Below are positions 15,719 through 25,188 of a DNA stretch of 34,963 bases, piece by piece (position 1 is the stretch's first letter; each line of letters opens with the position of its first letter). Both the position numbers and the translations under genes were made by a program. Source of the DNA: an uncultured Candidatus Saccharibacteria bacterium (lineage in GTDB: Bacteria > Patescibacteriota > Saccharimonadia > Saccharimonadales > UBA4665); contig CAZNLV010000005.1 in NCBI GenBank assembly GCA_964574245.1, forward strand, positions 1 through 34,963. The letters run 5' to 3'. The notes beneath the pieces were generated by a model. The model was not told the DNA's origin. It searched no databases and saw only the letters and a list, made by a program, of their open reading frames with translations.

Positions 15719-18700
15719 CTACTGGGCGGAGCCGACCAGCGCATTTTCAAAAGCGCGCATGTCTTTGATGGTGTCACCATACGCAGATACGTCAGGTAAG
15801 CTGAGCGACATCACGGATTGCCACATGGCGCTGAGTAATGCTTTGACGTGATCCATTTCTTTTTCGGTAAACACTATGCGTATCTCTGTCGACCTGCCCT
15901 CGTCATTTGGTTCTACAAAAACGAGCTTGCCTTCCGGAACAGTATAGTCGCTGTACGAGTGCGATCCTTCGACGAGCAGTTTATAGCAGTACAATTGCAG
16001 CGTATTGCGACGGAGTTTGGTTGGGTCACTGCCGAGCCGTCCTGTCTTGTAGTCGACTACGCATATCTGTTTGGTGGGCGTATCAATCTGGAGTAGGTCG
16101 ATCTTGCCTCCCAAGTGAACATCACCACTGAAAACACCCTCATCCCGGAAGGATTTCTCGGCAACATTTCCAGCGACAAACTCATGGCCGTGCGCAAGGA
16201 GAAAGCTCTCAAGTGCAGAGTGGGCACGCGCAATCTGTATGCTCAGTTGCTCAGGAGTGAGCGGTTCGCGCATAAGGTAGCTTTCGGCACGCTTGACTAC
16301 CTGCGCCGTAGGGGGAACGGCGCCGCTCATATTGATACTATCTTGAACCCACTGCAACGCATCATGGATGGCATTGCCGAAACTAGCATCGACCACTGGT
16401 GCGCTCGGAAACCGCAAAATCGTACCGAGCAAAAAGCTTTCGGGTCCACCGTATTTTAGGTCAAGAAAATGAGTCAGATGAGTTGGGCTCAGTCGATACT
16501 TTTGTAGCCTGCCTTGGAGGAGCTCAGTGAGTGGAGCGGGGAGTGCGGTGTGTCTGTGCCGCCAATTGAGTCTCAGGGTCTCTATGTCTGGTTCCTCTGC
16601 TTCGCTCTCTAGAACCTCCCGGTAGCCTTCAGGCAATATACCGATGGACCTCTGCGTACCATCTGCGGCGATAATCTCGTTGAAATATTTTACCGGCTCG
16701 GTAGAGCGACCGCTGAATGTTTGGTGGTGGCTGCTGAGGTGTAGACCGTAGCGGGCTCTCGTCAGCGCGACATAGAGTAAACGCAGCCGTTCATCATCGC
16801 TGGAGCCAGCATGACGTATGTGAGCGAGGTTTGCGGGCAGAGTTAGTTTGTTGCCTATCCCGGCGGCTTTGCTCCCCCAGACACTGTCATCACAGGCAAT
16901 CAGAAAGACATGATCAAATTCAAGACCCTTGGCTTTATACACGGTCATGAGCGAGACAGCGTCGCTGGCCTGATTGTACGGGCTGGTATTGAGCATCGGT
17001 TGGTCGGCCTGCGCGTACGCTTGGGTGAAATGTATCAGATCAGCAAGCGTCAGTGCCCCACCTTCACTGGCCTGATGCTCGCGTAATTTTGTCCGGAGTA
17101 CGGTGAGCTGTGTGACGGTTTCGTACATGGTCTGCTCGCCGAGCGAATGAAAGTAATATTCTCGGAGCGGCGAGCGCACATCAGGCAGTGATCGGTCGTG
17201 TGTTTCGACATTGCTATTCCCGATGAGTGCGTCCAGCATGTATTCGAGGGGCTCCGTCTCAACTTTGACAGCGAGAGTTAGGATCAGCAGTGCGGCATGG
17301 CGAAATTCGCTGTCACCGAGGAGTAGTTCGGACCATGTTGTATGTCCATCGTTCGCTTTCCATGATATGTTCCAGATGTCTGCGGTTGAGAAATCCCAAA
17401 AGTCATAGCTGAGAACTTCGGGCCATAGGCTATCGGCGAGCGCATGATTGCTGGCGTGTAGGGCGAGAACGAGCTTGCTCATCGTGATCAGCTGCCGGAC
17501 GATCGGGGTCTGTAGAATGTCTTCTCGTTTCTCATACCGCACAGGGACATCTAGGTCATGGAGGTATGCGACAAGCGGCTCAAGATATTTATGTTTTGGG
17601 GCAAGTACGGCAATTCGACCGGGTGAAACCCCGGCTGCCAGCAAGTCGGCGATCTGACGGGCCGTAGCCGACCGCTCGGCGACGTCACTTTTGTAGCTGC
17701 GTCTCGCTAGCTGGACGGGCGGGAGACCAGATGAAACAGCATGAATATTTTTATGGATTTTGTCCAGCTGGTGCACCAGCCGGGCTTGAATCTGATCGCT
17801 TATCTGAGCGGCAGTTTCCAGAATTTCCGCCCGGGATCGGTAATTTTCCTCTAGTGATAGCACTTGGACCGCTGTGTACGCGTGGTAGAAATCGAGCATG
17901 TTGCTATACTGAGCTCCCTGAAAGGCATAAATGGCCTGATCGTCATCGCCAACCGCGAGAACATTTGGTTTGCCTTCGCTCACGGGATTATTAGTCAGGA
18001 GTTGGACAAGTTTGAACTGTGCGGCATTTGTGTCCTGAAATTCGTCGAGGAGTATAAACTGGTATTGTTCTTGGAGGGTAAACCGCAGATCGTCGTTGTG
18101 CTCGAGTACATCTATCGCCCGCACTATCATGTCGTCAAAATCGTACAGCCCCTCCGCAGTGAGGCGATTTTGGTAGCGCTCAAGTACATCGGCGAGAGCG
18201 GCTATTCGCCTCGACTCGAGTTCGCCAGCCAGTTTATATCGGTTTTCACTGTCTTTGACCAGCCATATATTTTTCCATTTGGTGAGTGGTGTGGTTTTGC
18301 CCTCTAGCTCGGCAGTCCCCATGGCACGCTCCAGCTCATCGGCCGCCAGTTTGTTTAGGGCGGTATACGTCGGGTGTACGTAGGTGGCGGTGTCTCCTGT
18401 CAAGGCTTCCGCTATGTTCTGGAACAGTGGTAGTGCGACGGTGAGCGTGCGGGGCAATGTTTTTGCGTACGGCTCGAGGATGGCTGCGATATCGTGCTGC
18501 GTTCTCCGGATCACTGCTATATTTTCTTTGGATAGTGCTCGGAGATCATCAGCCGTCAGCAGGCCTCGTTTGACTTCCGAAATCGTGCTCACCAAGTCAC
18601 CTAAGTGGTGTCGAACTTGCTTTAGGGGGCTTCGGTAGTCGGTGCTATCAATAATTTCTGCCAAAATTTGGCGCTTACCTAACTCATCGACAGGGCGTTC

Positions 18701-19045
18701 TAGCCTCAGATCGGTGAAATATTCCGGGTATCGATTGATGATGGTACTGCCAAACGCGTGATACGTCCCAATCTGCACGTCGTAGGCCGCCTGACCAATG
18801 AATGTCCCGAGACGCTCACGCATATTTCTCGCGCCGTTCTCAGTGAAAGTCAGACACAGTATATTGTGTGCGAGAGCATCAGTTACCTGCAGGATATTGG
18901 CGACGCGCGCACTGAGGAGCTGCGTCTTTCCGGTGCCCGGCCCGGCGATAACGAGTACGGGACCGTATACGGCATCGACGGCAGCTTTTTGGGCTGCATT
19001 TAAACGGTTGTATACGGCAGAAAATGATGTAGCTCTAGATGTCAT
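15719..19045 (-). CDS. UvrD/Rep-type SF1 helicase fused to a C-terminal PD-(D/E)XK (RecB-like) nuclease, 1108 aa
   Basis: Helicase motifs AGPGTGKT, ILLDEFQDTN, VGDDDQAIYAFQGA, LEENYRS, MTVYKAKGLEFDHVFL and YVALTRAR. The C-terminal nuclease motif is GGKIDLLQID...ICVVDYKTG. Confidence 0.9.
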   Translation of the reverse strand: MTSRATSFSAVYNRLNAAQKAAVDAVYGPVLVIAGPGTGKTQLLSARVANILQVTDALAHNILCLTFTENGARNMRERLGTFIGQAAYDVQIGTYHAFGSTIINRYPEYFTDLRLERPVDELGKRQILAEIIDSTDYRSPLKQVRHHLGDLVSTISEVKRGLLTADDLRALSKENIAVIRRTQHDIAAILEPYAKTLPRTLTVALPLFQNIAEALTGDTATYVHPTYTALNKLAADELERAMGTAELEGKTTPLTKWKNIWLVKDSENRYKLAGELESRRIAALADVLERYQNRLTAEGLYDFDDMIVRAIDVLEHNDDLRFTLQEQYQFILLDEFQDTNAAQFKLVQLLTNNPVSEGKPNVLAVGDDDQAIYAFQGAQYSNMLDFYHAYTAVQVLSLEENYRSRAEILETAAQISDQIQARLVHQLDKIHKNIHAVSSGLPPVQLARRSYKSDVAERSATARQIADLLAAGVSPGRIAVLAPKHKYLEPLVAYLHDLDVPVRYEKREDILQTPIVRQLITMSKLVLALHASNHALADSLWPEVLSYDFWDFSTADIWNISWKANDGHTTWSELLLGDSEFRHAALLILTLAVKVETEPLEYMLDALIGNSNVETHDRSLPDVRSPLREYYFHSLGEQTMYETVTQLTVLRTKLREHQASEGGALTLADLIHFTQAYAQADQPMLNTSPYNQASDAVSLMTVYKAKGLEFDHVFLIACDDSVWGSKAAGIGNKLTLPANLAHIRHAGSSDDERLRLLYVALTRARYGLHLSSHHQTFSGRSTEPVKYFNEIIAADGTQRSIGILPEGYREVLESEAEEPDIETLRLNWRHRHTALPAPLTELLQGRLQKYRLSPTHLTHFLDLKYGGPESFLLGTILRFPSAPVVDASFGNAIHDALQWVQDSINMSGAVPPTAQVVKRAESYLMREPLTPEQLSIQIARAHSALESFLLAHGHEFVAGNVAEKSFRDEGVFSGDVHLGGKIDLLQIDTPTKQICVVDYKTGRLGSDPTKLRRNTLQLYCYKLLVEGSHSYSDYTVPEGKLVFVEPNDEGRSTEIRIVFTEKEMDHVKALLSAMWQSVMSLSLPDVSAYGDTIKDMRAFENALVGSAQ

Positions 19046-19183
19046 AGCACTATTGTACCCTGTCTGCTTGGTGCGCGCATGCGTGAGTCTCGTGTAGCAG
19101 CCCCTAGAGAACTTAGACCCGAGATCTGCCGGTCGTGGAAGCTGAAGCTGACTCGGGCTGAGTGCGGTGTCGATGTGGGTGGC

Positions 19184-20401
19184 TTAGGACTCCCGAGCAC
19201 AGACGGGGCAGAGATCTTCGCGGTCAACTGTCGATGTCCATTGCTCCACACCCTCCCGGACGGACAGCAGCTGGGTAAATGCGCGCAGATCGGCGGCATT
19301 ACGAAACCACGATGCAATGCGCCCATGGATATGCACGTCTCCCCATAGCATCGACGCCCAGTTTGGTCCAACTGGGGTAATGTAGACTGGCTCCTTGGGT
19401 CGATAGGCAAGTTTTGGACGATTTTCGTGTTCGCACAAAAAGTTGTGTGCCACAAATTCAGCGTCGTACAGCGCAGTTTGCGCCATTCCGCTGTAGGGCG
19501 TCTCAGCATTGTCGCCTATCACGAAAACGTGTTTATCCCCTTCCATACGCAGAAATTCGTCGACGAGTACTTTTTTACGGCCGCTGAGGGCGAACTGTGA
19601 GTCGTTGAAGAAAGGATTATTGGCGACCCCCGCGGTCCAAACGATGGTGTGGCTGACGATCGGCTTGCCGGAAACGGTCAGTGCTTCGGCGCTCGCTCCT
19701 TCAACGCGTTTGCCGAGATACAGTTTCACGCCTAATTTCCTGAGGCGTTTTTCGATAGCTTTGCCCACTGCCTTTGGGAGCCGTGGCATAAGGTGTGGCA
19801 GACCTTCGACCAGATCGATGTGGATTGCCCGTCGTTTGATACTGTGTCGTTGCATAATATCTCGCATGTATACGCCGAGCGACCCAGCAAGCTCTATACC
19901 GGTGGGGCCGCCGCCAACAATGACGTAGTTTAGATCCGGCGCATCTTCGGCAATCAGGCGCGCGTGCAAATGTCGTTTGAAGCGCTCTGCCTCCTCAACG
20001 CTTTTGATACCGTAGCTGTTTTCTTGCAGCCCCGGTATACCAAAATAATTCGTCACTGATCCTAGTGCCAAAATGAGCTTGTCATAGGCAAATGGCGCCG
20101 CAATCCCATCAACTTTGAGCTCCTTTTTGGCCCGATCAAGCTGAGTGGCTTTGCCAAGTACTACGGTGACAGGGTCGTCGGCAAATATTTGCTCGAGCGG
20201 GATGGATGATTGTTCGCTCGTGCCACCTGTCGCTGTTTCGTACAATGTCGGATAGTAGATGAAGTCGGCTTTTTCGGAAATAAGCGTCACCTGTACGCTG
20301 TCTTGTTTGCCGAGTTCAAGCGCGGCCTTGACGCCCGCAAACCCGCCACCGACGATGAGTACATTTTGCCTAGGATTGGTTTTTCCATCTGACATATTCA
20401 C
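19184..20401 (-). CDS. ndh: Type II NADH dehydrogenase (NDH-2)
   Basis: Two Rossmann dinucleotide motifs (VLIVGGGFAGVKAA and YVIVGGGPTGIELA), the FVIGDNA motif, and a typical length of about 400 aa. Confidence 0.85.
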   Translation of the reverse strand: MNMSDGKTNPRQNVLIVGGGFAGVKAALELGKQDSVQVTLISEKADFIYYPTLYETATGGTSEQSSIPLEQIFADDPVTVVLGKATQLDRAKKELKVDGIAAPFAYDKLILALGSVTNYFGIPGLQENSYGIKSVEEAERFKRHLHARLIAEDAPDLNYVIVGGGPTGIELAGSLGVYMRDIMQRHSIKRRAIHIDLVEGLPHLMPRLPKAVGKAIEKRLRKLGVKLYLGKRVEGASAEALTVSGKPIVSHTIVWTAGVANNPFFNDSQFALSGRKKVLVDEFLRMEGDKHVFVIGDNAETPYSGMAQTALYDAEFVAHNFLCEHENRPKLAYRPKEPVYITPVGPNWASMLWGDVHIHGRIASWFRNAADLRAFTQLLSVREGVEQWTSTVDREDLCPVCARES

Positions 20402-20455
20402 CCCATTGTAGCAACAAGCGTAAGCCGAAACAAATAGATGGTTTGGTGCGCTAGG

Positions 20456-22222
20456 TTATGTTTCCCTACTCTGAGTAGCAAGGAATTTTTTTCGGTCGAG
20501 ATTGGAAAATATCGAGAGCCAAAGGCCGAAGAATAGCGGCAGGCCGATCCCAAAAAGCAGGAGGTTCCATGTGAGGCCGCTCATGCTATTTACCCTGTCT
20601 GTCGTACCAAAGCCGAACGCTAAGCCAATAATGATCATGCCATATACAACGTAACGAAAAAAGATTTCACGGCGCAATTTGCCCATCGCATACCATACCA
20701 GCGTAAGACAGTATCCGACCGTAAAGATCGCAAAGAGTGTAACGTATGCCAGTGGGTTGCCGAATTCGATCATATCGTCGGTTAGGTCACTGGGCAAACG
20801 GCAAGCAGCCCAAATAAGCAGCGCGCCTCCTGCTAGATTGGCCATGGCAGTAGCTGCCGTAAGGCATGCTCGAAACTTTTCGTTCAGGCTATTTCTGACG
20901 CCCGATGCCCGTGCCTTCCGCCTTGCCCAGCGTCCTATGATATACACCGCAAGCCCAACGCTTAGTATATGCGTGACCATGAGTATGCTGGTATATGGCT
21001 CAGGCGTATCGACGTCGTCATTTGTAAGGACTGCATTTACAACATTAAACACGATGTTGCCAGCGGCAATCATGCCATACGAAAAATCGCGGATAGCATC
21101 GCGTCGTTCAAAAGCCAAAAAGCAACCTCCGGCCAAGAGTATTGGCACAAGGTATGCCCACTGGTGCGCTGGCGTGTAATAGTACAGCGACACGTAATCG
21201 CCGGCTTTTTTTGCCAGAACGGGCGTGAAGGTCAGCCACAAAGAGATGCCTCCAAGCAAAGCGGGCGGCCAAGAATATATACGGTCGTGCAGCCATGTGT
21301 CGAGCCGTATCCAAAGATGTCTCGGGTTTGCTGCGCGCAGTCGTTCTTTACGGCGCAACAATGGCAAAAGAGCAGCGTAGCAAAGCGCCGTGAGAACAAG
21401 ACCAATACCATGCGCGTAACGGAGCACATCGGTATGCAGTACAAAACGGCCAATCGCCCAGGTGCCAATGAGCACCAGTCCGATACACAGCCACAACTCC
21501 CAAGATTTATAAAAAAATGACCATTCGGATTCACCGTGTCGTTTGCCTGTGCCGGTAAAACGTCGTTCGCTTTCAATGTACGTATACAGACCTTTTGTCA
21601 ACGGCTTCAACGGTTCGGAAATATGACGTAGTGTTGTTTGCTCAGATGAATGGAAAAGCAGGCTGTCTTTAGGAAAAATTTTCGGGATAATTGCAAAAGA
21701 ATTGGCTAGAATATCCGCCGTGTATCCACTGTCATCGGCTTGGCTCCAGTCCCAAGGATAGTCGGTGCTGGCGTATATTGATGCAACATTTTTCTGTGTG
21801 CGGTGAAGTAGGAGCTCGCTAGCGCATGGAATATCGTATCGTTTTGTGATTAGTACGGACAACTGGCCGCTCATGAGCATTTGACAATATGTGTATATTT
21901 CACCAGCGATATGTTTGGGGTTTGAAAATTCCAAATAATCAAACCAAAACACAAGGGTGTCCGTCAGGTATATAGACACACTTTCATCATCCCAGGTCAC
22001 AGAAAAAGGCAAGCTACCCTGCCGCTGTGGGTCAAAATGCCATACAACGACTTCGTTGCTGGGGTCATCGTCTTCGGCGCTGAAGTCTTCAACTGACCAA
22101 TATTTCTGGAGCGTGCTAGCAGCAACATGAGCGCTAAATATTTGGGCATATTTTGCCGCATCTAGGGCGGCGGTAGCCAACGTATCATCGTTCATTTCCT
22201 GTAATCGTATGCCTGCAGACAT
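20456..22222 (-). CDS. Hypothetical polytopic membrane protein (588 aa) with an N-terminal soluble domain of about 230 aa
   Basis: Long ORF. The C-terminal two thirds shows about 10 hydrophobic segments rich in Trp, Tyr and Arg. No family recognised. Confidence 0.6.
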   Translation of the reverse strand: MSAGIRLQEMNDDTLATAALDAAKYAQIFSAHVAASTLQKYWSVEDFSAEDDDPSNEVVVWHFDPQRQGSLPFSVTWDDESVSIYLTDTLVFWFDYLEFSNPKHIAGEIYTYCQMLMSGQLSVLITKRYDIPCASELLLHRTQKNVASIYASTDYPWDWSQADDSGYTADILANSFAIIPKIFPKDSLLFHSSEQTTLRHISEPLKPLTKGLYTYIESERRFTGTGKRHGESEWSFFYKSWELWLCIGLVLIGTWAIGRFVLHTDVLRYAHGIGLVLTALCYAALLPLLRRKERLRAANPRHLWIRLDTWLHDRIYSWPPALLGGISLWLTFTPVLAKKAGDYVSLYYYTPAHQWAYLVPILLAGGCFLAFERRDAIRDFSYGMIAAGNIVFNVVNAVLTNDDVDTPEPYTSILMVTHILSVGLAVYIIGRWARRKARASGVRNSLNEKFRACLTAATAMANLAGGALLIWAACRLPSDLTDDMIEFGNPLAYVTLFAIFTVGYCLTLVWYAMGKLRREIFFRYVVYGMIIIGLAFGFGTTDRVNSMSGLTWNLLLFGIGLPLFFGLWLSIFSNLDRKKFLATQSRET

Positions 22223-22333
22223 GCGGCGTCAAGCGGCGGCTGATTCGTTCGTCCAAAAACCGCACTTTTTGTCTCACGCCATCATGATGAACAGGTGCAT
22301 TTAATACATTTCGTGTGATAAGCTATAAGAAAT

Positions 22334-23998
22334 ATGGATGGGCTGAAAGAAAAATTGGCAGCGGCAGGTTTTTCAGGCGAACTTGACGACTCAATCGAAA
22401 CTCGTGATTTGTTTAGCCACGACGCCAGTATGTTTGAGCTGCGACCGCAGCTCGTGGCTTCGCCAAAAGATAGTGCGGACTTGCAGCGTTTGGTGCGCTT
22501 CGTAGCTGCCAACAAAAAATCGATGCCCGAGCTGTCACTCACCGGCCGTTCGGCTGGAACAGATATGGCCGGCGGAGCGATTAACGAATCGATTATTGTT
22601 GACTTTGCGCGGCATTTTACAAAAATTGGACCCATAACCGGCTTAAGCGGTACGGCCGAGCCCGGAGTTTTTTATAGAGATTTTGAGGCAGCGACCCTGA
22701 AGAAAGGTGTGCTCATGCCCTCGTATCCAGCGAGCCGCGATCTGTGTATGATCGGCGGGATCACGGCCAATAATTCGGGGGGCGAAAAATCGCTCGAATA
22801 CGGCAAAGTGGAAAAATTCGTGACTCATATGAAAGTAGTATTTGCAGACGGCAAAGAGTACGAGGTGCGTCCGCTGACCAAAAAACAACTTGAGTCCAAA
22901 ATCAGTCAAAACGACTATGAAGGAAAAATCTACAAACGTATCTACCGCTTGTGTGAAGACCACTACGACATAATCAAAGAAGCCCGACCACGAGTGAGCA
23001 AAAACAGCATGGGGTATGGGCTTTGGAATGTCTGGGACCGAGAAACAGGCATATTTGATCTCGGACAGCTGATCGTCGGCTCAGAGGGCACGCTCGGAAT
23101 GGTTACGGAAACGACCTTTCGGCTGGTGCCGCATCGTCCGCATTCTGGTCTATTGGTGCTCTTTCTCAAAAACATCAATCATTTAGGGGAGCTCATTCCG
23201 GCTGTTCTCAAACACAAACCAGCAACATTTGAGAGCTTTGATGACCAAACCCTGCTACTTTCACTCCGTTTTATGCCTGCTTTTTACAAGCGGCTGGGTC
23301 TCAAGAAATTTGTACATCTGCTCTGGAGTCTTTTGCCAGATGGGTTGCAGCTCCTACGCGGTGTGCCCAAGCTTATTCTCATGGTGGAGTTCAACGGCAA
23401 TACCGAGGAAGAGGTGCGCGAAAAGGTCCGTGCACTCCACCGTGATCTCGGTAAGTACAAAGCGCGGTACGAGATCAATGGCTACGAGGAAGATGCGAGC
23501 GAGGGCAAAAGCGAAAAGTTCTGGATCATGCGTCGATATAGTTTTCAGATACTGCGCAGCAAGGTCAAGGACAAGCATACGGCGCCGTACATCGATGACT
23601 TTGCCGTTCCTCCTGAACATCTGGCAAAATTTTTGCCGCAACTGCAAAAAATCATTCGGAAATACAAACTTTTTGCGACAATCGCCGGGCATATGGGAGA
23701 TGGTAATTTCCATGTCATACCTCTCATGAAAATCGAAGACGAAAAAGAGCGCAAAAAAATCGAGCCCTCCCAGCGAGAGGTTAATAACCTAGTGCTCAAG
23801 TACGGCGGCAGTCTCAGCGGTGAGCACAACGATGGTTTGGTGCGAGGTCCGTGGCTGGAGGCGCAGTTTGGTAAGCCCGTGCTTGCACTTTTTAAGGAAG
23901 TAAAAAAAACATTCGACCCTGATAATATCTTTAATCCACACAAAAAAACCGACGCTACTTGGGACTATTCTTTTTCACACATCCGCGAACATTTCTAG
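22334..23998 (+). CDS. FAD-binding oxidase/dehydrogenase (GlcD / D-lactate dehydrogenase-like, PCMH fold)
   Basis: The N-terminal FAD_binding_4 pattern (LVASPKDSADLQRLVRFVAANKKSM...LTGRSAGTDMAGG; GGITANNSGG; LIVGSEGTLGMVTE). The C-terminal FAD-oxidase_C pattern (AGHMGDGNFH..., GGSLSGEHNDGL, DPDNIFNP). Confidence 0.85.
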   Translation: MDGLKEKLAAAGFSGELDDSIETRDLFSHDASMFELRPQLVASPKDSADLQRLVRFVAANKKSMPELSLTGRSAGTDMAGGAINESIIVDFARHFTKIGPITGLSGTAEPGVFYRDFEAATLKKGVLMPSYPASRDLCMIGGITANNSGGEKSLEYGKVEKFVTHMKVVFADGKEYEVRPLTKKQLESKISQNDYEGKIYKRIYRLCEDHYDIIKEARPRVSKNSMGYGLWNVWDRETGIFDLGQLIVGSEGTLGMVTETTFRLVPHRPHSGLLVLFLKNINHLGELIPAVLKHKPATFESFDDQTLLLSLRFMPAFYKRLGLKKFVHLLWSLLPDGLQLLRGVPKLILMVEFNGNTEEEVREKVRALHRDLGKYKARYEINGYEEDASEGKSEKFWIMRRYSFQILRSKVKDKHTAPYIDDFAVPPEHLAKFLPQLQKIIRKYKLFATIAGHMGDGNFHVIPLMKIEDEKERKKIEPSQREVNNLVLKYGGSLSGEHNDGLVRGPWLEAQFGKPVLALFKEVKKTFDPDNIFNPHKKTDATWDYSFSHIREHF

Positions 23999-24002
23999 AT
24001 CT

Positions 24003-25028
24003 TCACGCTTCCTTGTGTAGCAAACACTGCCCTCCTAGGCCTGCCGCGTCCCGAGCGTCGTCCTGAAACGCTTCTAGGGCAGAAACAATAACAGCGTACA
24101 CTGCCTGTGCTTGTTCGGGAGCGTTTAGGGTGGACCAGCGGCTGCCTGCGCGATGACGTGCGACTATTTCAGCCTGTGCGCTATGAACCGAAGCATTTTT
24201 ATGTCCTGCTCGGTTGTCGTCGTTGATTTTCTCGCCCCAACGGCGGTAGACAGCTTGCAATCTCTCTGTCTGTCCGGGCTGCGAATGCAGGTATGAGACT
24301 ATCTGGCCTAGATCATTGCCAAACGCTGCCATTTGCGGGATAAGCGACAGTGCCTTTTTGGCCGCGATCTCCGCCGCTCGCAGTTTTACCGTCTCGGCCT
24401 CTTCGTCTCGTCCCAGTACCATGAGACCGGCGGATATGTCCCGTGCACTTGTCCACGTGACATCATCGTTGCCGAGCTCTTTCTGCATTAGGGTATAGAT
24501 TTCGCTCGGATCCGTCGGCGTGGTCGGCTCTATATATACGCGGGAATCAGTGTCACCACTGTCCTCTTCTTTCTCTACCAAGGTTTGGACGATAAAACCG
24601 ATCGTGAGTCGAAAATCCCCATCATGGCGTAGGCGAATCTCAATAGGTGACTCGGGATCAATTAGTTTCACCACTCCGCGTATATAGGCGTATACCGGCT
24701 GCGAAGCGCCGACAGCAGGGTCATCATCGGCAGGTGTGATAGCTGTGAATTTTTCGCGGGCTTGTTCAACGCTGTGTGCAAATCCCGGCAGGGTACTGCG
24801 AGCTGCCACTGCTCCAAGCGTCGCAAGTACTGTCTTCGGATCGGCAGTTTCGGCAAAAGTAGCGTAGGCACCGAGCGCATCATGAATAACACCGATGGCC
24901 GCGTGCCGTCCCTCGTGGGCTGTTCCCAGCGCCTTCTTTGCTGCGGCTACCGCAAGTTCTTGAGCTCGCAACGTGTCGAACGCCTCTTCCAACTGCGCCG
25001 CAGGATCGATTGCTTCAACGTTGGTCAT
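24003..25028 (-). CDS. Hypothetical acidic, Ala-rich protein (341 aa from the ATG at 25028)
   Basis: ORF only. I chose the internal start at 25028 because the 25226 start overlaps the start of cyoA (25189) and the cyo upstream region. No family recognised. Confidence 0.5.
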   Translation of the reverse strand: MTNVEAIDPAAQLEEAFDTLRAQELAVAAAKKALGTAHEGRHAAIGVIHDALGAYATFAETADPKTVLATLGAVAARSTLPGFAHSVEQAREKFTAITPADDDPAVGASQPVYAYIRGVVKLIDPESPIEIRLRHDGDFRLTIGFIVQTLVEKEEDSGDTDSRVYIEPTTPTDPSEIYTLMQKELGNDDVTWTSARDISAGLMVLGRDEEAETVKLRAAEIAAKKALSLIPQMAAFGNDLGQIVSYLHSQPGQTERLQAVYRRWGEKINDDNRAGHKNASVHSAQAEIVARHRAGSRWSTLNAPEQAQAVYAVIVSALEAFQDDARDAAGLGGQCLLHKEA

Positions 25029-25188
25029 GCTCACTATGATGGCCGGTTTGACCCTAGAGTGCAAGCAGTAGCATGTTCTCGGAGGCTTGTGTACAATAGA
25101 ACGTACGATGCAGAGAGGGCTACAAAGGCTGCGGGCACGGCAAAGCGGGGTGAAATTACCCTCTGTGCCGCGTGTGTCCCGGACGAAT

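Noticed and set aside
19042-19509. 155-aa ORF and the 19079..19348 ORF overlapping the ndh 3' end
   Set aside because: They overlap the well-supported NDH-2 gene in other frames and have no motifs.
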